Assembly (NCBI GenBank): GCA_013239625.1
Contig: MU053933.1
Span: 2,133,026-2,197,025, forward strand
DNA from: Lama guanicoe
Taxonomy: Eukaryota
Direction of reading: 5' to 3'
Length of the DNA stretch: 64,000 bases
This document shows positions 1 to 12,200 of this stretch, piece by piece (within the stretch, counting starts at the first letter, position 1; every line of letters starts with the position of its first letter). A program made the position numbers and the translations under genes. A model generated the notes under the pieces. The model did no database searches, was not told where the DNA came from, and worked only from the letters and a program-made list of their open reading frames with translations.

Positions 1-81
1 GCCGGGTGGAGTGGATCTTCCGGGGTGTCGTGTACCACTCCTACCTCACCATCTTCGGGCAGATCCCCGCCTACATCGACG
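1..81 (+). CDS. TRPM2: TRPM2 exon ~19 (partial): pore helix and filter
   Basis: [26 protein letters not shown]; donor G|GTGGGA at 82. Confidence 0.93.
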
Positions 82-3000
82 GTGGGACGGGGCCCCTGAC
101 AGCCGTGGGAGGGGGCGCCCCACTCCAGGGGCCCCTGCAAGCTCTCAGGTGGCGGGCGGGAGGGCTGGGTGTCTCCCGCTGGCTCCGTGCTGCCCGGGGG
201 CTGTGCACGCCTCCTGCGGTGCCCGTGGTGGAGACAGGTGCGTGTGTGTCCAGCCGAGGGAGGGCGTCAGCTGGGGGAGCCTGGGCTGCACCAGCTGTGG
301 CAAGACCAAGGTCCAAGAGTGTGCCTGGGGCCCTGGGGCATCAGGTGACCCCCCAGCACCGTTAAATTCCACCCTATTCCTTCTCTTCTTCCCACTGAAG
401 TCAGAAGTGACCCGTCCTCTGGACGGAGAGGACACATTTCGCACACCGGTTTGTTCTCTTCAACAGCTTCGCTGAGATCTAATTCACATGCTGTAAAGCT
501 CATGAAGTGTGTGCTTCCGTGCTTTTCAGTATGTTTACAGAGCTTAATTTTAGAACAGTGCATCACCCCCAAAAGACACCAGGCCCACTAGTTGTCACTC
601 CGCCTCCCCTCTCCCCTCAGCCACAGGCAACCCCTAGTCTGCTTTCTGTTGCTACAGAATTTGCCTTTGCTGGACATTTCATATGAATCAGATAATGTAG
701 TATGTACTTTTGTGTCTTGTTTCTTACCTTAGCATAATATTTTCAAGATTCATCCATATTGCACTCTGTTTCAGTATTCAATTCCTTTTTGTTGCTAAAT
801 AATATTCCATCGTACAGATATACCGCATTCTGTTTATCTGTTCATCAGCTGGTGAGCATTTGAGTTGTTTCTGCTTTTTGGTTTTTTTTCTTTTTTTTTA
901 AAAATTGAAGTATAGTCACTTTACAATGTTGTGTCAATTTCTGGTGTATAGCATCATGTTTCAGTCATACATACACACACATACATTCCTTTTCACATTC
1001 TTTTCCGTTATAATTTACTGTAAGGTATTGAATATAGTTCCCTGTGCATCCTTTGCCCATTTTTCAAGTGGGTTGTCTTTTTGTTGAGTTGTGAGAGCTC
1101 TTTGCATTTGGTTACCAGTCCCTTATCATATATATCATTTGCAAACAAGTCCTGCCATTTTGTGGGCTGTCTTTCCACTTTCCTTGAAGCACGAAAGTTA
1201 CTAGTTTTGTTGAAATTCGCCTGATGAATCTCTTTTATCATTTGTGCTTTTGGTGTCATATCTAAGAACCCATTGCCTAACTCAGAGTCACAAAGACCTA
1301 TACCTGTGGTCTTGTTCTAAAAGTTTTATAGTTTTGTACAGCACAGGGAAATACATCCAAGATCTTGTAGTAGCTCATGGTGAAAAATAATATGAAAATG
1401 AATACGTGTATATTCATGTATGACTGAAAAATTGTGCTGTAGACCAGAAATTGACACAACATTGTAAACTGACTATACCTCAATAAAAAAAATTAAGTTT
1501 TATAGTTTTATTTCCTACTTTTGGCCATTGATGTATTTAAATTAGTTTTCGTATACAGTGTCAGGTAAGAGGCGTTCTTTTGCATGCAGATAGTAAGCTG
1601 TTCCAGCACCATTCGCTGAAAAGTCTCTTCTTTCCCCACTGAACTGTCTTGGCGTCCTTGTCAAACATCAGCTGACCATTAATGAAAGCATTTACCTCCA
1701 GGCTCTCAGCCCCATCGATGGATCTGTGTGTCCATCCTCTTGCCAATTCCACACTGGAGGTAAACTTGGCCAGTGTAGCTTTGTAGTAGGTTTTAAAATG
1801 GAGAAGCGTGAGTTCTTCAACTTGGTTTTTTTGTTTTTTCAACATTTTTTGGCCTCTGGGTCCCTGGGGCCCATGTGAATTTTGGGATCAGCTTGTTAAT
1901 TTCTCCAAAAAAGGCATCTAGGACTTTGAGTGGGATGTGTTGCCACCTACTTAGATCTTTGATTTCTTTCAATGATATTTTGTAATTTTCAGTGTATAAA
2001 GGGACCTTCTTTTGCTAAATGTATTCCTAAGTGTTTTATTCTTTTTCATGCCGTTGTAAGTAGAATTGTTTTATTAATTGGATTGTTTATTGCCAGTGCA
2101 TAGAAACACACTGTGTTTTGTATCTTGATCTTGTTTCCTGACATCTTGCTGAACTTCTGTATTAGTGCCAATAGTTTTTAAGTGGGTTTTGGGGGGATGT
2201 GCTATGTGCAAGGTCATGTCACCTGTAAGTAGAGACCCCTTTACTTGTTCTTTCCAACCTGGATGTATTGTATTTCCCTTTCTTTCTTTCTNNNNNNNNN
2301 NNNNNNNNNNNNNNNNNNNNNNNNNNNNNNNNNNNNNNNNNNNNNNNNNNNNNNNNNNNNNNNNNNNNNNNNNNNNNNNNNNNNNNNNNNNNNNNNNNNN
2401 NNNNNNNNNNNNNNNNNNNNNNNNNNNNNNNNNNNNNNNNNNNNNNNNNNNNNNNNNNNNNNNNNNNNNNNNNNNNNNNNNNNNNNNNNNNNNNNNNNNN
2501 NNNNNNNNNNNNNNNNNNNNNNNNNNNNNNNNNNNNNNNNNNNNNNNNNNNNNNNNNNNNNNNNNNNNNNNNNNNNNNNNNNNNNNNNNNNNNNNNNNNN
2601 NNNNNNNNNNNNNNNNNNNNNNNNNNNNNNNNNNNNNNNNNNNNNNNNNNNNNNNNNNNNNNNNNNNNNNNNNNNNNNNNNNNNNNNNNNNNNNNNNNNN
2701 NNNNNNNNNNNNNNNNNNNNNNNNNNNNNNNNNNNNNNNNNNNNNNNNNNNNNNNNNNNNNNNNNNNNNNNNNNNNNNNNNNNNNNNNNNNNNNNNNNNN
2801 NNNNNNNNNNNNNNNNNNNNNNNNNNNNNNNNNNNNNNNNNNNNNNNNNNNNNNNNNNNNNNNNNNNNNNNNNNNNNNNNNNNNNNNNNNNNNNNNNNNN
2901 NNNNNNNNNNNNNNNNNNNNNNNNNNNNNNNNNNNNNNNNNNNNNNNNNNNNNNNNNNNNNNNNNNNNNNNNNNNNNNNNNNNNNNNNNNNNNNNNNNNN

Positions 3001-3210
3001 NNNNNNNNNNNNNNNNNNNNNNNNNNNNNNNNNNNNNNNNNNNNNNNNNNNNNNNNNNNNNNNNNNNNNNNNNNNNNNNNNNNNNNNNNNNNNNNNNNNN
3101 NNNNNNNNNNNNNNNNNNNNNNNNNNNNNNNNNNNNNNNNNNNNNNNNNNNNNNNNNNNNNNNNNNNNNNNNNNNNNNNNNNNNNNNNNNNNNNNNNNNN
3201 NNNNNNNNNN

Positions 3211-3273
<63 letters not shown>

Positions 3274-6200
3274 GAGACGTACTTTATTTTTCAGAAGTAA
3301 CTGCTTAGTTTTTTGAAGGGGGAGGTAATTAGGCTTATTTACTGACTTACTGTTTTGTTCTTGTTATTAGCTGCAGTGGAAGCACTGGGGACTGACACTG
3401 TTCCGGTGGTTTTTGTCCTTTCTGCTGTTGAGATGACGTATGGATTGATGTTCAGTTGTAAACAGCTCTGCATCCCGGGGACGTGCCTCATGGGTCACGG
3501 GTGGTGCCTAGATCCTTTTACATGTGCTGGACTCGGTTCTGCTAGCACTTTGTTGATTTTGTGTCTGTTTTGTAGAAGGTACCGGTCTGTAGTTTTCTTG
3601 TAATGTTTTGTCTGGCTCTGCTGTTAGGGTAGGACCAGCCTCCCAGAACCACTTGGGAAGTATTCCCTCCTCTTTTATGTTTTGGAAACATTTGTGAAGG
3701 ACTGGACTTCATTCTTCTTTAAGTATCTGGCAGAGTTCGCCAGCGAAGCCGTCTGGGTCTGGACTCTGTGGAAAGGTTTAAAGTCACTAATTCAGTCTTC
3801 GTACTTGCTGTAGGTCAGTTCATGTTTTCTACTTCTTCTTCAGTCACTTTTGTGTCTTTCTAGGGGTTTGTCCATTTTTCTGAATTATCTAATTTGTTGG
3901 CATATAATTTTTTGCAGTATTTTCGTATGGTTCTTTTTATTTTTGCAAGGTTGGTAGTAATGCCCTTTCTTTCACCTGTGGCTTCCCGGCTTCCCTACGC
4001 AGCCACACCTCCTGCCCGTGGGGAAGCCCAGGTGACAGACGCCCCCTTTGGGTTTTCCTCGGGCCTGGGCTGACAGCTGAGGTCACCCCGACGTGCAGGC
4101 GCCCAGGCCTGTGGGGACCATTGCCCAAGGACCCTGCTTCTCCGCCTGGCTTTCTGGGTTCACCTGCCCCTGCCTCCCGATGCAGGTGTGAACTTCAACC
4201 TGGACCAGTGCAGCCCCAACGGCACCGACCCCTACAAGCCCAAGTGCCCCGAGAGCGACATGGCGCGGCAGGAGCCCGCCTTCCCCGAGTGGCTGACGGT
4301 CATCCTGCTCTGCCTCTACCTGCTCTTCACCAACATCCTGCTGCTCAACCTGCTCATTGCCATGTTCAAGTGAGTGCTGCCACGGGCTTGGCCAGGCTGC
4401 CTGGCCCCGCTGCCCGCCCCCGCTGGCGGTGCCGACCAAGTGCCAGCCCGGGACCTGGGACCCGGGACGCTGGCTCAGCCTGGGCTGGCCATGCACAGCC
4501 ATCTCCCTGGTCCCTGCTGCGTCCGTCCAGGGCTCTGCAGCTGCAGGACCGGCCACGGGCCATGTGCTTGGAGGCTATGAACTGGGGGGCACCGAAGATT
4601 GTCTCCTCCACACCCTGGGGTCGGGGCTGCCGGGGGAGGGGGTGCGCTCCAAGCTGGAACCGCCTGCAGACTCACTGGCGCCCCAGAGGGGGAGTCAGCC
4701 TCCCTGGAGGATGGATGTTGGTGCGCCTTGTGCAGGGGAACAGCGGGGATTCATGCCCAGGGCACTCGGGAAGTCCCCTGTTCCTTGGGGAAAATTCGAT
4801 GTCACGGGTTGTCTGCGGGGATGAGCGGGGAGAGCTTTCGGTACAGCCCTCCCCCGGTGCAGACAAGGGAGCCGGGCTGGAGCGGGAGGGCAGCCATGGT
4901 CTGAGGTCTTCTCTAGGCGAGGAGGTGGGGGGTGGGGCAGCAGCGTTACTGGGAGTCCTGCGGTGCTGGACCACCCGTAGGCGCTCTCCGCTCTCCACCT
5001 TGGGACAGGGGCATGAGGGCAGCCCTGGGGGGTGCTGAGGCCGACAGCCCCCGTGACTCAGGGCACCGCCAGCCCCTCAGAGCCCCTCGCGGCCTCTGCA
5101 GAAGGGCCCGTGGGGCCTGTGGCTCCAGTGAAAATCCCTTCACTCCTGGTTTGGTCACCATTGCTCTTCGCTTTTGCCATATTCTGATTCAACGTGTGTT
5201 CTGAACAGTGAGAGACCCCGACTGTGTGCCGGGCTGTGACGAGGGCGGCCAGGGGCCAGTGGGCAGGGCGCTGTGCCTGCAGCACGTCCAGCGGGTGCGG
5301 CTGCGTCCCGGCCCTGCCCGGCCCCCCTCCCAGGGCCTCCCTCTGTCAAGGGTTTGGCTCAGGTGAAGTCCCTGATGAGACCCGCAAGGTGCAGAGAATA
5401 AACGTATTGGCCTGTTGAAGACAGCGTCCCTTCTGCTGGGCAGCTTCAGTGCAGGACACCATCCAACTCTCGACCCATGCAGCGTTGCTTTATCCTTTAG
5501 GGAGGTTTATAAAATCTAAAATCTGGGTCTTCTTCCTCCTCCTCCCCTTGGCTCCCAGGGAGCTCAGAATCCTGAGACTGGCCGGTCAGCTGCCTTTTTC
5601 TGCATCTGCAGTTGCCCTCCTGGGTGGGGGGTGTCTGCTTTTTAGGGGCGGTTGTGGGCGTGTTCTCTGTGGTCCTGCCCCGTAACCCACGTGCTCCTGC
5701 CCCCACCAGCTACACGTTCCAGCAGGTCCAGGAGCACACGGACCAGATCTGGAAGTTCCAACGCCACGACCTGATAGAGGAGTACCAGGGCCGGCCCCCC
5801 GCGCCGCCCCCATTCATCCTCCTCAGCCACCTGCACCTCTTCGTCAGGAGGGTCGTCCTGAAGATCCCCTCCAGGCGGCACAGGCAGCTCAGTGCGCTGT
5901 CCCCTCCCTCGTCCCCAGAGCGGCTCCCGGGTCCTGGGGTGGGACGGGGCGGGAGGGGGTGCAGCTCCTAGACTCCTGGGAGCCAGCAGATGTGCAGGCC
6001 CCCAGGCCACTGACCTCCTGCCGGGCCACTTGGGGCGGGCTCCTCCGGCCCCCCAGGGTCTCGGCCCTCCCGGCGGGGCCCGCAGTGGGGGCAGTGGGTC
6101 AGAGCCCCACGTCCTCTGTCCACTTGCCCTCCCCCGGCAGAGGACAAGCTGGAGAAGAACGAGGAGGCGGCCCTCCTGTCCTGGGAGATGTACCTGAAGG

Positions 6201-9200
6201 AAAGCTACCTGCAGAGCCAGCAGCTCCAGAAGCAGCAGCGCCCGGAGCAGAAGGTCCATGACATCAGTGAGAAGTACGTGGCGCCGGCCCCTCAGGCCGG
6301 ACGCCGCAGCCCCTGCGGGTCCAGGACACAACAAGGACGCGCTCCCGGGGGAGGCCCCGCAACTGCCACCTGGGCAGAAAGCCCCGTACCGCGGCCCCTG
6401 CCCTGGGCCTGTGTCCACGGCCCTCCCTCTGGGTCCCGCAGGCGGCTGGGCTGACCCTGGCTCCTCCGTGGTAGGAGGTGGGGTCGGGGAGGCCCACCCC
6501 CGGCCTGGGAGGACCCGCAGTGAGCTCGTTGGCACTCGGCTTGGCTGCAGCTCCTTGGGGGCCTCGGCAGCCGGCCTGGAGCCCAGGCACACTCCGCACC
6601 TTCTCTGCTCTCAGCTTCCTTCCAGGGTGTGAGGTCGGAGTTGGGTCCCTTCCCTCCACCCTCCCCAAGCCCTGGCAGGTGCCGCAGGGCCAGACTGCCT
6701 CAGGGCACAGGTGGGGGGAGCGCTGGTCCTGAGGAGGGACGGTGCCATGTCCAGGCCCCCAGGCTGGCCTGCTGGGCTCAGCCATGTGCTCTGTTAGGGT
6801 GGACACCATGGTGGACCTGCTGGAAATGGCACGTCTGAAGCGGTTGGGCTCCATGGAGCAGAGGCTGGTCTCCCTGGAGGAGCAGGTGGGTTCTGGGCTG
6901 GGGCCTCTGTTTCTGGGCCTGGATCCGATGGCCCTGGTCGGTCATTCAGCAGTGTGGTGGCTTCGAGAAGGAGCATGCTGGGAAACTGACCAGGAGAAGG
7001 AGGTGGGGACATCAGCACAGTTGTTCCCAACCAGCAGGGGGCCTTCCAGTCCTCTAGAAGATTCTGCCAAACACTCCGCTGCCTGAGCTCCACCACGCCA
7101 CCCTGTGAGGTGGCCACGCCATGGGCCAGTCTGAGGGAACAAACTTGTCCCCTCCTCTGGCCTCCTTGGAGCTGTGCTCTGAGATGGCCGCTGTCTCCAG
7201 ACTCCTCCCCCAGAACCTGAGAGGGGGCTGTGGAAATTACCAGTGGCCCTCAGCTGCTTTCTCAGGCTGTGCTAGGATGGAGGGAGGCTGCGGGGGCCAG
7301 CAAGGGTGTGTGTGAATGTCCGTGCGGACAGCTGGACTGAGGGGCAACATCAGAGAGCAGTGTGTGGACATCTCGGACCAGCCCCAGACGAGAGGGAGGT
7401 GACCCATAGGCAATAGACAAGCAGCCTCCACCCACCCCTCCCACCTCAGTGTCCACTGATGCTCCCCCTACCAGCAGGGCAGCCCCGAGCGGCCTCACGT
7501 CCAAGAGTCATCACCCTGCAGGCCAGCTGGGCTCGGCGCCTGAGCAACGCAGAGGGACAGTATGCATGTTAGTCCACCCAGCCTCCCAAACCACCCAGTC
7601 GTCCACCTGCCCATCCCTCCTCTGTCCATCTATCCACCCACCCACCCCGTGTTTCCTGCAGACCTCCACCATGCCCACTCAGGGCTGGCCTGAGAATGTC
7701 GGGGTAACAGGCATTGCCTCACACTTGGAGCATCCAGCTAGGGAGGAGGCACAGACGCAAAGGTCCATTGTCACAGTGCAGTTCAGTGCGCACAGTGAGC
7801 AAGGTGGACGCAGAGGCTGGTGGTCAGGGAGGCCTCAGGACTCCAGGGCCGAGAAGGTGGACCAGGCAGAAGTCAGGCACCCGCCCCTCCTTGGCCCTCC
7901 TGCTGAGCTCCAACCCTGTCCCCTCCGCGCTGCGGGCCTGCCCTGGGTCCCGCCCTTCATGCTTCTCATCACCCCGACTGCCCCATCCCCAGAACCTATG
8001 CTCTCCAACGAGAGCCCTTGCTGCCCCGAGCAGCCCCTGAGCCCCCACGCTGTCGCCGAGTGCTGCCCAAGCAGGCTCGCTGTGCTGGGCGGGGAGCAGG
8101 CCGCTCGGCCCTGCCCTGGGGACCGCTGCACGGGGGCTCTGCCCCGGCACCTTCCCCCCCGACACCCCTGAAATGGGTGTGGCGCCACGGAGCTGCGTTC
8201 TCCTGGCCCCTGTTAGTCACAGGTGGGTCCCACGGTCGCCTGTAATTGAGCACGTTTGGCCTCTGGACGTTCCTTTCCTCAGTTGTGCGCTGCCCTCTTC
8301 CTGGGGCTCAGATCTCTCACCGGGGCTTCACGTTGGTCCGAAGGCCCCCCGGTGTCCAGTCCCAGGGTCACTGTGTCTCATCGGCAGGTGCTGCCAGCGG
8401 TCAGCGCCCGTGACTCCGGCAGAGCCCTGGCGGTGCTGGCGGCTGCCTGGGCAGCAGGGAGCCGGGAGGGGCCGGGTGTTCTGTGTGGACTTCCTGTTGG
8501 GGATGTGCCTTTCAGGTGGCCCGGACGACCAGAGCGCTGCACTGGGTTGTGAAGAGCCTGCGGGCCAGTGGCTTCGGCTCGGAGGAGGGCGTCCCCACCC
8601 TGGGTGAGTGGGTGTCGTCCAGCAGCTGGTCTCACCACCTGTGTTCTTTTGAGCCTTGGGGTCTGTGGGGAGCAGAGGCAGCAGGCCCGGTGCCTCGGGG
8701 GGTGGGGCCCGCCCCACGGATACAGGTGCCGAATGCAGCCAAGCCCCCAGTTTGACCAGGCTGGGGGACTCTAGAGGTGGCCTGGCCACAGCCCCCATCC
8801 TCCTCCTGGGCGTCATGCTACAAAGTAGGGGCGGCTCCAGGAGACGCCTGAGGCCCAGTCCCATCGACTGGATGACAAAACACAGAGCCGTTGTTCCAAA
8901 TTGGCAGCCATCCGAGAAATGGGCATGAGTAACCGTCCTGGAGTGTTGCTGGCCCAGGAGGAGCAGGCACGCTCTCCTTAGCGGGGCGGGCGTCTGTGAG
9001 GCCTGCGAGCCCCTTTGGCTGCCGGGGGCTCTACATGCAGAGGCAGGTGCCTGACCCCCAGCCTCTGTCCTCCGAGGGCTGCAGTGCGAAGGACCTCGGG
9101 GAGGACGTCCCATTTGGGGCTAGTGTTCGACCTAGTCTCAGAGAGGTGGAGGCAGCCCGGAAGTTTAGGAGAGAAGACCACAGAGGATGGCCCTGTCCCG

Positions 9201-12200
9201 CGGGCCAGACACCTGGGCTCAGGCCCAGCTTTGCCCATGGCTCCGCGTGGCTGTTCCCCTTCCCAGTACCCCAGAAGGTCTCGGAGGGGCAGGACCCTGA
9301 TCTGGATAGAGGGCAGAAGGCGGAGGACCCTGGTGACGCCTACCACGTGAACGCCCGGCACCTCTTCTACCCCGGCTCCTCGGTCCTGCGTTTCCCGGTG
9401 CCCAACGAGAAGGTGCCCTGGGAGGTGAGTGCCTGTCCTGGCTGCAGGTGCCTGGAGTTCTTGAGGGGAGCGGTCCCACCCCAAACCCCTGGGTGGGTGG
9501 GCCCACTGCAGCCTCACGGGGACACAATGGACAGACGAGGAAGCAGAGCACACAGATCCACGCAGCCGGAGGGGGTGGGGCTGGGGGTTGAGTGCAGGAT
9601 GCCGGTGGGCCTCTGCCCTGCCTGTCCTACACCCCTGTCCCGAGCAGATGGTCACTGCCCCCTTTCTGAGCGCCAGGTGAGTGCAAGCACCAGAGACGGG
9701 GAGAAAGGGAGCGAGATGGACAAGGCATCATGCCCACCCCGGACTCTCTGGCTTTCCTGGAACATTCCGGGCTGTTGCTTCCTCCGCCTTCTCCCCCGCC
9801 TCTGCCAGTGGGAGTCCTTCTCAGCTCTAGAGCCCAGCCTAGCCTCCCCCCGCCCCCACCTCCGTCCTCGGGAGACCCCCCTCGACCGTCCCGCCCCGCC
9901 CTGCGGCAGGTCTGGGTGGGCACATCCTCAGATCCGCAAGCTCAGGCCCCCGCGCGCCCTGCGGGGCCGTCCGGGCCCCGGGTGGTGACATCTGCGGGCG
10001 CTGCCCTGCTTGCAGGTGGAGTTCCTCATCTACGACCCGCCCTTTCACACGGCCAACAGGAGGGACAAGGACTCGGTGGACCCCATGGGAGAGTGAGTGT
10101 CCTGCCTCCTGTCTGTCCTCCCTAAGGGCTGGGGAGGGACCCTTGTGTCCTCGGGCTGACCTTCTGAGGGTCACCGCAGCCACTCTGCCTCCCACCGTCT
10201 CTCTCGGGGACGTGACCTCTCATCTCGCTCCCAGCGCCCTGGAGCCTCTGTCCAGGATCAGCTACAACGCGGTGGACGGACACCTGGACCGACGCAGCTT
10301 CCACGGGACCTATGCCGTCCGGGACGGGCTCCCTCTGTGAGTGCAGCCCTGCCTGGCCCTCCTCCGCGGCCTCCAGGCTTTTCCTCCCAGCGTCAGCTTT
10401 CCTCTTCCGCAAAATGGGTGTTTTCTGCTAAAAAGAAACAAAATAGGGAAGAAACACCCTCAACATCGAGTGTTTCCCTAGCCCACTCACCACCCCGAGT
10501 GGCTTGCTCCCCGCTGCCTCCCTGGACACGCGTGGGCAGGTGGGGGCCCGGGTGCTGCACCCTCGCCCCCTGACGTGACCTGTAGGACTCCACTCCCGGG
10601 GTGGTGAAATGGGGCCCCTTGTGCATGAGAATGAAGCGGGGGAGCCGGGAAAGGGCCCCTGGGTTGCACGTCGGGGACGGAGATGTTTCCAGGTCTGTCC
10701 TCTGTAAGGATGGGCACTGCACCCCAATGTACAGGGGGGGACATCAAACACAAAGATGAAGGTAACCCACGGCGTCAGGCCCAACATGCACTTAGTGGAC
10801 ACCTACTGTGTGCCAGCCTGGGGTTCAGAGGTCAAAGAGCCTCCTCTGACTGGGGTCACTGGGGAGGCCGCACCACCAGGGGCCGGAGCCTATGGAGGGT
10901 CTGTCAGAATCGGAGGAGGGACCACAGGTGTTTTGGGACGCGGGGACCCCATGGAGTGGGCAGGATCCAAGGGGCCTGAGGGAGGAGGCAGGTGGCAGGC
11001 CTCTCCGGGAATGTTCTGGAACAGGGAGTGGGTCACTCTGCCGTGGCGGAGGCCATGGGAGGAGGTGGTGGGAGGCGGGTAGGGCACGAGAACAGACGTG
11101 ACCAGTAGCGGCTCCAGCCCTGGACAGGGGAGCGGGTGGGGGACGCGGTGCTGAGGAAGAGAGCAGGACAGACTGTCACGGGCTGGGGCACCGTCGGTTG
11201 CCGACTCACAACATGCCTCCGGACACGGCATGGTGGTTGGTCTCAGTCAGGCGCTCCCTGCGGGACTGTGATGCCTTCCGCGTCTGCGGTGGGGCTGGGC
11301 TTTGGCTCCCAAGGAGACCTCTTTCCTTTTTAACCCCCCAAGGTAACCTGAAGCCCCCGCCTCACCCTTGAAGTCCCCGAGGGTTAGGGTTTGGCATGGA
11401 CAGCCCCAGCGGGGGACGCGGAGTCCGCCAGACGGTGGAGGGGCTGGCAGGTGTCGGGCGTCCCATCCGGGCTCCTCACAGGGTGACCCCTTCCTGCTCC
11501 TGTCTGGGGGACTGCCTGCACCAGGGCAGGTCTGGGTGGGGCCCCCGCCTGCTGCCCCCTCCCTGCCCCGCCCAGGTTCCCCCAGCTGCAGACCCCTCTC
11601 CACCCAGGAACCCCATGGGCCGCACCGGGCTGCGCGGGCGCGGGGGCCTCAGCTGCTTTGGCCCCAACCACACACTGCAGCCTGTGATCACCCGGTGAGT
11701 AGCCCCAAATGGGGACACACAGTCGCCCACATGCCTCACCCCCTGCTCAGAGAGCCCAGAGGACGGCTCGCACTTGGCTGGGCCTGGGCAAACGTGGGCA
11801 CACCCCAGAACACAGGGCAGGGACGTCCATGCCCCCTCCCCAAAACCCAGGTCTTTCCTTCCCCTGAGGCTGCCCTCTCTTCCCCGTGGGCCCTCCTCCC
11901 TTAGAGGCCGCTGGGGTCAGGGACAAAGCCAGGGCCCAGGCCCACCACGTGGACAAAATGACCAGGTCCCGGGCCCACCACGCGGACAAAATGAAAATCC
12001 GTATAAATCCGCAGGCGTTTCCAGAGAACCACAGGGGTGGGGCGGCCGAGCCCAGGCATGTGCTCCTGTAAGGCTTTCGAGGGAAGAATGTGCTCCACAT
12101 AGGCCGACCCCTTCCAGCCCTCAGCGGTGTGGGGCCGGGCGGACGCCCGTGGTGGCTGCTATCTCTGTCCCGGGAGCAGGTGCTCTGGAGACAGGGTGGG

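Larger units (their letters stand above)
465..3960 (-). mobile_element. Old degenerate LINE-1 fragments (3' end and ORF2) in TRPM2 intron, with younger insertions and the gap
   Basis: AT-rich block; minus-strand peptides resemble L1 ORF2 ([53 protein letters not shown]). Confidence 0.85.

Noticed and set aside
2165..3316. Three 335-383 aa ORFs
   Set aside because: Artefacts of translating through the N gap and (TTTC)n.
5372..5400. CTGATGA-GACC-cgcaa-GGT resembles a hammerhead ribozyme core and stem II
   Set aside because: The required CGAAA after stem II is missing (GCAGAG) and I could not form stems I and III.
5642..6592. 316-aa minus-strand ORF and many other 100-330 aa Pro/Gly/Arg/Ala-rich ORFs
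   Set aside because: Expected from stop-codon scarcity in GC-rich DNA; no motifs, and many start at non-ATG codons.
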